A stretch of DNA of 64,000 bases, taken from contig DOTG01000038.1 in the NCBI GenBank assembly GCA_003512955.1, positions 334,455 to 398,454 of the forward strand, in the 5' to 3' direction. A model generated the notes under the pieces. The model was not told the DNA's origin. It did no database searches and was given only the letters and a program-made list of their open reading frames with translations. Source of the DNA: Marinilabiliales bacterium (lineage in GTDB: Bacteria > Bacteroidota > Bacteroidia > Bacteroidales > SZUA-534). The translations under genes and the position numbers were made by a program. Each line of letters opens with the position of its first letter. Within the stretch, counting starts at the first letter, position 1. Shown piece by piece: positions 46,401-53,900 of this stretch.

Positions 46401-46686
46401 AAATGATGCGCCTCTGCAAAATCTCTTCCAGGGAATATTCAATATATTCCAGCTCGTTGCTGGCTATTTCTGAAATATATGATGCCAGTTGGCTTCCGCT
46501 AACATAAAAATAGGTATCGAATTTTGGGAACCGGTAATATTGCCAATAAAAATCGTTGTACTGAACCCGGCTTTTGCCAAAAGTCATCTGGTGGCCGTTA
46601 TAAAACTGGGCAAAAGTTGCCAAAGCGAGGGTCTGAAATAAAACCCAGCCCACGAACCGCTTTGCTATGTTTGCCCCAAATATCAT
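43429..46686 (-). CDS. Large signal-peptide protein with a TolB-like (PD40) beta-propeller segment and a C-terminal beta-barrel-like region; function unknown
   Basis: 1085 aa with the signal peptide ...ALATFAQ. The middle region has PD40-like strings (SPDGTYISYVTNQDGQYAIWLYN, SPDGQQLVMSG). The C-terminus is aromatic-rich and ends ...FYLSLCTDF. Confidence 0.5.
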   Translation of the reverse strand: MIFGANIAKRFVGWVLFQTLALATFAQFYNGHQMTFGKSRVQYNDFYWQYYRFPKFDTYFYVSGSQLASYISEIASNELEYIEYSLEEILQRRIIFIVYNKQSEFRQSNIGLVTGAEDYNIGGVTRIIDNKVFLYYEGDHVKLKRQIRASITEILINEMLYGGSFRDRVSSSTMLNLPEWFTPGLISYMAYDLDFETEAKIKNAILEGKVQKIHRMHGDNAKIAGHAFWRYLAETYGPEIVPQIVYMTRISKSVESGFLYVLGMPLKEALSDWFYYHQARYTEEQKQKEEHPGGSVKIVKRPNRKKVYQQVKMSPDGTYISYVTNQDGQYAIWLYNTQTRRTKKILRRENKLEQITDYSYPLLAWHPTGKVLTYIYERKGLIWLDFYTLETGETVHRELFYLDKVLDYSYSPDGQQLVMSGVIDGFTDIFTYSLAASTFNRITNDLTDDLNPGFSEGSSKIIFASNRKTNLLNNNKEAKPEIQNNFDLFVYNTSEPTQELQRLTDTWNVDEWAPKEFKRQQFFFLSDQNGIVNKGFAAFDSTISFIDTSIHYRIFTNRATITNRAFSIQGFDYNRVTHSFADASKEVKRYSLINYDWSPDLVSSNTVVPETWFRNYHDEQYQLDSLMRNPEARNEPDSLVVEELPAWLSDTLIDINNYVFEIEKQALKFTPDEEKPKVFALPKQLVYFTNFYSNLLVTQVDFGFMNQSYQAFTGSAFYFNPGFNVLMKIGANDLFEDYKITGGIRFSVDFESNEYLVSVENLKNRLDKQYIYHRQVFESLTESSFSKIFTNELMAVYKYPFSQIHALRTTASLRYDEQVYKSIDANSLKQSNDHKIWAGLKSEFIVDNVRGLGLNLWDGSRMKFFGEYYNQLGSGYNSHLFVVGADVRNYLPIHRDLVFASRLAWSTSFGNSLLIYYLGGVDNWMNFSNNTPTFDQSVNINTEKNWAYQAVATNMRGFVQNVRNGNSFAVTNFELRWPIIRYVFNRPISSDFFNNFMVIGFTDIGSAWEGWNPINARNAYDYEELNQSKPIRVVIDQKHYPLVAGVGFGLRSRFLGYYIRTDWAWGIDGGRVLPRVFYLSLCTDF

Positions 46687-46710
46687 TCAGCTGATTTATT
46701 AAACAATGAA

Positions 46711-47469
46711 TTAAACTCCCTGCCGTTGGCGTACCACTTCATATAACAATACCGATGCTGCCGCCGATACATTTAACGATTCAATCTGCCCAAGAATGGG
46801 TATTTTTATCAGGTGATCACAGGTGCGGATAACTTCCACACTTAAGCCAATATCTTCGGAACCCATCACCAGGCAAATAGGGCCGGTAAGGTTTTGCCTG
46901 TAATACACCTCCGAAGTTTTTTCAGTAGCCCCAAAAACCTTTATCCCGCTTTGTTGGGCATATTGCAATGCTTTTTTTAGCGATGTTACCCGGCAAACCG
47001 GCAATTTATACAAGGCTCCGGCAGATGTCTTTACGGCATCGGAACCAATGCGGGCCGAGCCTTTTTCGGGAATGACAATTACATCAACCCCTGCACATTC
47101 GGCAGAACGGACAATGGCTCCAAAATTGCGAACATCGGTAATTTCGTCCAATGCCAAAATAAATGGTTCTTTGGCCGCCTCGAACAACCGGGCAACCTCC
47201 TCCTCGAACACTGAAAAACTGATGGGTGAAACCAGCGCGATCACCCCTTGATGGTTTTTTTGCGACACCCGGTTGAGTTTCTCATCAGGGACTATCTGAT
47301 AAGGGACCTGGTGCGTTTGCATTTCGGTGTACAGCTCTTTAATCAAATCGCCGCTTAGCCCGCGTTTAATGAGCACCTTGTCAACATCTTTCCCTGCCCG
47401 TATGGCTTCAATTACAGCCCGGATACCAAAAATAAAATCTTCGTTGCTATGTTCCCTTTTGTTTTGCAT
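46711..47469 (-). CDS. rlmB: 23S rRNA (guanosine-2'-O)-methyltransferase RlmB (SpoU/TrmH family)
   Basis: About 252 aa with an N-terminal substrate-binding-like segment (GIRAVIEAI..G) and SpoU motifs: NFGAIVRSAE, LVMGSEDIGLS and IPILGQIESLNVSAA. I prefer the ATG at 47469 to the GTG at 47472. Confidence 0.85.
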   Translation of the reverse strand: MQNKREHSNEDFIFGIRAVIEAIRAGKDVDKVLIKRGLSGDLIKELYTEMQTHQVPYQIVPDEKLNRVSQKNHQGVIALVSPISFSVFEEEVARLFEAAKEPFILALDEITDVRNFGAIVRSAECAGVDVIVIPEKGSARIGSDAVKTSAGALYKLPVCRVTSLKKALQYAQQSGIKVFGATEKTSEVYYRQNLTGPICLVMGSEDIGLSVEVIRTCDHLIKIPILGQIESLNVSAAASVLLYEVVRQRQGV

Positions 47470-47473
47470 CACT

Positions 47474-48739
47474 TTAAGGATTTAATGAAAATATCCGCCC
47501 CTCGCGCCAAGTGGCTATAGCATTGTACCACATGCGGGAATATAAGTCGGAACGTTCTAAAATACTCAACTTTCCAAACAATGGATGGTAGTCGTAATAA
47601 AAATAAAACTCAATAGCCTCCTTTTTTCCTTTCCCATAAACCCAGTATTCGCCCTGATCGGTGAGCTGAACTTTTGCCGGGGGCCCGCATATTGTATAAA
47701 CCATTCCTTTATCGGTGAGCCAGCCTTCTTTTGTGCCGGTAAAAAAATAATTGGCCAGTTGAACGCGGTTATAGTAAACACGGATCAGTTCCCTTGCTTT
47801 ATCCAGGTCGCCGGCTGTTGAAATCCAAAATGAATCTACAGCCTGTTTGGGGTTGTTTAGGTTCCAATAGACTTCCATCTCTTTGCTGCTGCATAAGTAG
47901 CCCAATGGGCGGAGCATGTCCTCCGGGGTTTTTATATACGGGAAATGTATGCCTGTTCCGAGATACGGTTTACCAATGACACTTTCTGTTGCCTTGAAAC
48001 AATAAAGCCCTGGTTGGTTGAATGTAAATAATACGGTGTCGGGATTGGTTAAAACCCATGAAGAATCGGCTTGCCCCCCTTCTAAAACCTCCTCCCCAAT
48101 CTGATCCGGGGGCTCGGGTAAAAGGGTATCTGGGCGATAATATTCCACTTTCATCCCTTTAGGGTTCAAAATACCGGAACGTATCCGAAAACTATCGTTG
48201 ACCGAAAAGTGGGGCTGAAACAAGGGATTCCCGTGAACCGAAAGCATCATGTAGCTATTGGCATTCCCATCAGGTTGAAAATCCAGTTCCATTACTTTCG
48301 ATATCTGCACCTGCGAGTTTATATCGGTTAAAAAAACCTCCATAACATACTTGCCTTTTTCAAGAAGCCTGATGGGTACAAAACCCACATATTGCGACCG
48401 TGGTTTTCCTTTAAAGTGAAACATCGTGGTCAGGCTATCAATGATTTCAATGCTGTTATAGGTTTTGGTTACCCTGAAAAAAAGCTGTACATGGGCTTTG
48501 GCAATTGAATCTTTGGGATCGGGCTTATAAGCCAATTCCCAAGGAAAGAACCGGAAATACAACCGCAGTTCGGTGGAAGAAGGCATAAAAACCGAAAATT
48601 CGGGGTGAATCTGGGTTTGCCCGGGATTGTAATGGCTGGAAAAGTCGCGGTTGCTAATGGTATCGTAAACGGTGACGCATGAAACCACAACCAGGGAAAA
48701 TCCCAATAGCACTGTCCATATATGTAGCTTCAATTTCAC
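47474..48739 (-). CDS. GWxTD domain-containing protein
   Basis: 421 aa with a GTG start and signal/lipobox-like ...LVVVSC. A literal GWLTDKG motif is followed by ...YTICGPP and EYWVY. Confidence 0.8.
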   Translation of the reverse strand: MKLKLHIWTVLLGFSLVVVSCVTVYDTISNRDFSSHYNPGQTQIHPEFSVFMPSSTELRLYFRFFPWELAYKPDPKDSIAKAHVQLFFRVTKTYNSIEIIDSLTTMFHFKGKPRSQYVGFVPIRLLEKGKYVMEVFLTDINSQVQISKVMELDFQPDGNANSYMMLSVHGNPLFQPHFSVNDSFRIRSGILNPKGMKVEYYRPDTLLPEPPDQIGEEVLEGGQADSSWVLTNPDTVLFTFNQPGLYCFKATESVIGKPYLGTGIHFPYIKTPEDMLRPLGYLCSSKEMEVYWNLNNPKQAVDSFWISTAGDLDKARELIRVYYNRVQLANYFFTGTKEGWLTDKGMVYTICGPPAKVQLTDQGEYWVYGKGKKEAIEFYFYYDYHPLFGKLSILERSDLYSRMWYNAIATWREGRIFSLNP

Positions 48740-48932
48740 CTGTATAACTATTTTTCAGCTTGGGATTGCTATTGTTTTCATATTTCTTTTGGGTAAACTC
48801 AGATTTATTCCCGATAAATTTCTGGCAATCCAAGCAAAAAGCAATATTAGCGTGATTTGATGAGATTAAAAAATGACAAAACAAGATAATTTCAATTAAC
48901 CTTGATTCCGCAAGTAAAATATTAAACATCAA

Positions 48933-49040
48933 GAAAATGAGTTATTTAGTCGCGGCGCGACTTCACTTAACCAGATAGTACGGAATTTATTTAAAATACT
49001 CATTTTCATTAAAGTCGCACTGCGACTTGCGGATTTAAGG
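48933..49040. repeat. Composite element: a 10-bp inverted repeat (GAAAATGAGT/ACTCATTTTC) interleaved with two mini-hairpins (AGTCGCGGCGCGACT, AGTCGCACTGCGACT) and the TGCGGATTTAAGG tail
   Basis: Read directly from the sequence. It is the same AGTC..GACT unit design and tail as at 16673..16700, with a G-C pair in place of the A-T pair at stem position 5. Confidence 0.7.
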
Positions 49041-49201
49041 ATTAATAATACTTGTCATTAATCATAACAAATCTCTTTAAACAAAAATTTGCAACAATTT
49101 ACACATCATTGTATATTAGCGTTTTACATACTTATTTCTTGTCCAATTTAAATTATTTTCTGCTTTTTTTTGAAAATAGTTGTTAAGATAAAAAATATAT
49201 C

Positions 49202-49209
49202 TATTTTTG
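49202..49209 (+). promoter_or_regulatory. Candidate -7 promoter box TATTTTTG (TAnnTTTG) for the tetR-family gene
   Basis: It matches the Bacteroidota -7 consensus 25 nt upstream of the ATG at 49234 and abuts the predicted operator. Confidence 0.35.
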
Positions 49210-49210
49210 C

Positions 49211-49228
49211 ATACCAATCGTTCAGTAT
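49211..49228. promoter_or_regulatory. Predicted TetR-family operator, copy 1 (ATACCAATCGTTCAGTAT)
   Basis: An 18-mer with partial dyad symmetry (ATAC...GTAT ends, central CG). A 22-nt block (CATACCAATCGTTCAGTATTTT) is identical to the copy at 49861..49882. Confidence 0.6.
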
Positions 49229-49233
49229 TTTTT

Positions 49234-49821
49234 ATGAATGACACTAGAGAATATATTATTGATGAATCATACAAACTCTTTTTAAACCGGAGCTACGAAG
49301 CGGTTTCAATTAGCGTGATCAGTGATGCTATTGGGTTTACAAAAGGGGCTTTGTATCACCATTTCAAGAATAAAGAAGAGCTTTTTAAAGCCGTGATTGA
49401 TAAATATTTTACCATTAATGGAGTAAAGGTTGATGTAGATACTATCACTTTAAAAGAATACACCGCAGCCTCCATTCAGCAAACCCGTGCAATTTTGATA
49501 AACATTTTTGGGCAGGAGGAAAAAATAGCTCCGATTAATTATCTGGCACTGATTTCCGATTGTTTCCGGCATTATGAAGGGTTTGCTAAAGAGAAACTTA
49601 ATTTTATTGATAATGAAGTAGCCAATGTAGAAAGAATCATTAAGAATGCGATTACAAGAGGTGAAATCAGAAATGATATAAATACACATGTGGTTGCCTT
49701 ACAATATTTCTCATTAAGTATTGGCTTGGCAGGCGATTTTATGCGAAACTATTCAATTGATTCTGCCATTAATACCATGAAAGAACAGATGAATCAATTA
49801 TACAATCTCCTTAAAATTTAA
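49234..49821 (+). CDS. TetR/AcrR-family transcriptional regulator
   Basis: The ATG at 49234 is preferred. The N-terminal HTH (F...SYEAVSISVISDAIGFTKGALYHHFKNKEELF) is the typical TetR signature. Confidence 0.85.
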   Translation: MNDTREYIIDESYKLFLNRSYEAVSISVISDAIGFTKGALYHHFKNKEELFKAVIDKYFTINGVKVDVDTITLKEYTAASIQQTRAILINIFGQEEKIAPINYLALISDCFRHYEGFAKEKLNFIDNEVANVERIIKNAITRGEIRNDINTHVVALQYFSLSIGLAGDFMRNYSIDSAINTMKEQMNQLYNLLKI

Positions 49822-49839
49822 TTTTTTTTAACCAGAAAC

Positions 49840-49857
49840 ATACTAATCGTTTAGTAC
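49840..49857. promoter_or_regulatory. Predicted TetR-family operator, copy 2 (variant ATACTAATCGTTTAGTAC)
   Basis: 15/18 identical to copies 1 and 3. It lies 23 bp centre-to-centre from copy 3, upstream of the efflux operon. Confidence 0.5.
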
Positions 49858-49862
49858 GATAC

Positions 49863-49880
49863 ATACCAATCGTTCAGTAT
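49863..49880. promoter_or_regulatory. Predicted TetR-family operator, copy 3 (ATACCAATCGTTCAGTAT)
   Basis: Identical to copy 1 and located 38 nt upstream of the adaptor gene ATG. Confidence 0.6.
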
Positions 49881-49917
49881 TTTAAACACAATTATAAACT
49901 TTTAAAACCTCAAAAAA

Positions 49918-50952
49918 ATGATGAAAAAAACAACGATCCAGGTAATGGCTCTGGCCTTACTGGTGGGGTGCAACCCCAAACAAAAACAAGAGACTCTGTC
50001 GGGTGAAAGAGTGATACCGGTAACTACCGTTAAAGTAAAGAAAGAAAAAGTTGCTGCAGAATTGCGCTATAGCGGAACAATTGAAGCTTTCCAAAGCATT
50101 TCATTAACTTTTGAAACCACGGGAACCGTTGAGAGTGTAATGGTAGATGCCGGCGACCATGTTACAAAAGGACAATTATTGGCAACCCTTGAAAAAAACG
50201 ATAAGCAGAGCATGTACAACATGACTTTAGCCAAATACCGCCAAGCGAAAGATGCTTACGACCGCCTGAAGTCGGTGTACGAGAAAGGTAGCCTACCCGA
50301 GATAAAATGGATAGAAATGGAGACCAACCTTGAACAAACCAAATCGTCGCTTGAAATTTCAAAAAGCACTCTGGATAAATGCAATATGTATGCCCCTGTC
50401 AGTGGCATTATCGGGAACAGGAACATTGAACCGGGCATGTCGTCATTGGCGATTGGGTCTTCCCCACTCCAACTGGTCGATATTAAATCGGTTTATGTAA
50501 AAATTTCGGTTCCTGAAAACGAAGTGCCCAAAATCAATAAAGGAATGAAAGCCCGTTTCAGTGTCTCGGCTTTGAATGACAAAGGTTTTGAAGGCGAAAT
50601 TACCAATATCAGCCCGGTAGCCGATTTGATTTCGCGTACCTACGAAGCCAAAATAAAAGTTGAAAACCCTGAACTGGAACTAAAACCGGGAATGGTTTGC
50701 GATGTAAAAATGGAGAAAACCGACGAAAAAGAAATGGTGCTTATTCCTTACCAAAGCGTATCGAAAGACGAAGAAAACAAGCCCTACGTGTATGTGATTG
50801 ATGGTGAACAAAACCGGGTAAAAAAGCAAACTATTAAAACCGGTGAATATTACGGTTCCGATCTTGAAGTATTGTCGGGTTTAACTCAGGGGCAAGTGAT
50901 AGTGAATGCAGGGAAAGAAAAATTGTCGGACAATAGCTTAATAGTATTATAA
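49918..50952 (+). CDS. Efflux RND transporter periplasmic adaptor (MFP/HlyD family) lipoprotein
   Basis: 344 aa with the lipobox LLVGC. It shows a lipoyl/hairpin/beta-barrel adaptor pattern (G.IE....I.L.FE..G.V..V.VD.GD.V.KGQLLA.L...). Confidence 0.9.
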   Translation: MMKKTTIQVMALALLVGCNPKQKQETLSGERVIPVTTVKVKKEKVAAELRYSGTIEAFQSISLTFETTGTVESVMVDAGDHVTKGQLLATLEKNDKQSMYNMTLAKYRQAKDAYDRLKSVYEKGSLPEIKWIEMETNLEQTKSSLEISKSTLDKCNMYAPVSGIIGNRNIEPGMSSLAIGSSPLQLVDIKSVYVKISVPENEVPKINKGMKARFSVSALNDKGFEGEITNISPVADLISRTYEAKIKVENPELELKPGMVCDVKMEKTDEKEMVLIPYQSVSKDEENKPYVYVIDGEQNRVKKQTIKTGEYYGSDLEVLSGLTQGQVIVNAGKEKLSDNSLIVL

Positions 50953-50953
50953 C

Positions 50954-53900
50954 ATGGGACGCAAGAGATTGAGCGGAATTGAAAGCGCTATGCGTAATAA
51001 CAACATTGTAATTATTATTGCTTTAGCTATTATTGTTGTTGGGGTTTTTGCCCTCAAAAAAATGCCCCGAAACGAGTTCCCTGTATTTACTATCAGGCAG
51101 GGAGTCATTGTGGGGTTTTATCCCGGGGCTACTTCGGCTGAAGTGGAAAAACAGCTGACCTCCGTTGTAGAGAACTATATTTTTGGGTATCAGGAAGTAA
51201 AAAAGGCCAAGACCTATTCCTACTCCCGTGAGGGCATGATGTACATTTTCGTGGAACTGAACGACGATGTCAAAAATGCCGACCAGTTTTGGTCGAAACT
51301 CAAACATGGTTTAGATGAGTTGAAAATGACTCTGCCTTCGGGCGTACTGGCATTGATTGCCAATACCGATTTTGGGGATACTTCGGCTTTACTCATCACG
51401 CTTTCGTCGGATACAAAAAGCTATAAGGAGCTGGAAGAACAGTTGAAGAAATTGGAAACAGAGTGCCGTAAGATTCCGGCAACATCAAAAATTAAACACT
51501 TCGGGTTACAGAAAGAAAAGATTTTTGTGAATGTAAAACCTGAGCTGTTGAATGAATATAACATCAAATCCCTGTCATTGCTAGGTTCCTACCAATCAAA
51601 CGGAATGATTAACTATGCCGGGAAGCTTGACGACGGCCAAAATATACGTCCCATCCACTTGCCATCGAATTTTGAATCGGAAAAAGATTTAGCGGAACAG
51701 ATTGTATATTCTGACCCCAATGGCAACGTGGTCCGCCTGAAAAACATTGCTACCATTGAACGCCGATACGATGAGCCTGAAAGTTACATCAAACAAAATG
51801 GGGAAAAAACCATCCTGCTTTCGTTGGAAATGCAGCCGGGCAACAATATTGTGAAATTTGGAAAAGATGTTGATAAAGCTCTGGAAATTTTTCAAAAGCA
51901 ATGCCCCGGGGAAATTGAGGTAGCCAAAATTTCGGAATTGCCCAAATATGTAAGCAATTCGGTTAACAATTTTATGAAAGAATTCCTGATTGCCATTGTA
52001 GCAGTAATTTTAGTTACAATGGTTTTGTTACCATTCAGGGTGGCCTCGGTGGCAGGTATTACAGTTCCAATCTCGGTAATGATAACCCTTGCAATCCTAT
52101 ATTTTATTGGCATTGAACTTCATACGGTTTCATTGGCAGCGCTGATTCTGGTGTTGGGAATGATTGTGGACAACTCTATCGTGGTAATCGACAATCATGT
52201 AGAGAAAATTGATCATGGCATCTCACCTTGGCATGCTGCCATAAAAAGTGCCAAGGAACTGGTAGCTCCCATTATTGTTGCCACGTTAGCTATTATGGCT
52301 TCATATATTCCACTTGGCTTTATGGTACCCGGAACGGCTGGCGAATTTATGATGGCCATTCCCATTGTGGTAAGTACCGCGTTGGTTGTTTCCATATTAG
52401 TAGCATTGTTTTTAGTGCCCTATCTGAATTTTGTATTCATCAAAAAAGGGTTGAAGATCTCGAAAAAAGAAGACAAAAAATCGTTTCTCGATCGATTGCA
52501 GCAATGGTTCGACACCACACTTGAAAAGGCTTTTAAATATCCAAAAACGGTTATCGCTATTGGAGTTGCATTTATTGCTTTGGCTATTTTCCTTTTCAAA
52601 CATACCGACCAGCAACTTTTCCCGGAAATGGAGCGCAACCAATTTGCTGTTGAAGTTTACTTGCCCACAGGTTCATCGCTCGAAAGCACCCAAAAGGTGG
52701 TTAATAGTCTGGAATCTTTACTGCTTACAGATCATCGCGTAACGAATGTAACCAGTTTTGTTGGAACCAGTTCGCCTCGTTTCCACACGGTTTATGCACC
52801 ACAAATGCCAGCATCCAATTATGGCCAATTGCTTATCAATACCCTTTCGGAGCAAGCTACCCGCGATATTGTGAATGAATATGAACCCAAATATTCTGAT
52901 GCTTTTGTAAACGCACATGTAAAATGGAAAATATTGGCCATGCAAGCCAGCAGGTCTCCGATTGAAATCCGCATCTCGTCCGACTCTGTTAAAGATATCC
53001 GGAACATTGAAGCGCAGGTGAACCAGATTATTGCAAAAACCAAAGGAACTGCCTGGGTACGCACCGATTGGGACCAGCCGCAACAAAACATTGTTGTAAA
53101 CCTCGATCGTGACCAAGCCAACCGGATGGGTTATTACAAAGGTTTGGTAGCAACTTCGCTCATGATTGGGCTCGATGGCGTACCTTTAACTACCGTCTGG
53201 GAAAAAGATTATCCGGTAGATGTGGTTCTTACCCAAGCACAAACCACGAGAGAGAATTTAAGTACGCTGGCCGACCAATTCATTACCTCACCCATGAGTT
53301 ACTCTTCGGTTCCCTTGCGCTCCATAGCCAACTTTGTACCTGAATGGACCGATGGAACCATCGTGCACCGCAACGGAACACCAACACTTACTATTTTGGT
53401 TGATAATGCCCCCAATGCAATTGCATCAAGTATTTTGAGCGAACTGCAAGTGCAAATTAACGGCCTCACCTTACCACAAGGAACAACAATTAATTATGGT
53501 GGCGATTACGAAGCTCAACAGGAGGTATTTATACCGATGGGAGTTGCCCTTGGTGTTAGTATCATCTTCATCTTTTTTATCTTATTAATTCAGTTTAAAA
53601 AAGAAAAGATTGCATTTCTTATCATGTCAACCATGTTGTTAACCTTGCCGGGGGCTGCCATTGGTCTGCAATTGATGGATTATCCCTTCAGCATTACCGC
53701 ATTTATTGGTATTACCAGCCTTTGCGGGATGGTTGTAAGGAATGGCATCATCTTGATTGATTATGCCCGCGAATTAAAGGAAAACGAACGGATGACTGTC
53801 CGCGAAGCTGCAATTGCTGCCGGCAAACGACGTATGCGCCCCATATTCTTGACCTCGGCGGCAGCGGCCGTAGGTGTAGTTCCAATGATACTCAGCCGCT

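Noticed and set aside
52718-53121. Two overlapping minus-strand ORFs of 132 and 100 aa
   Set aside because: They are antisense to the RND permease region, whose frame is continuous and motif-rich.
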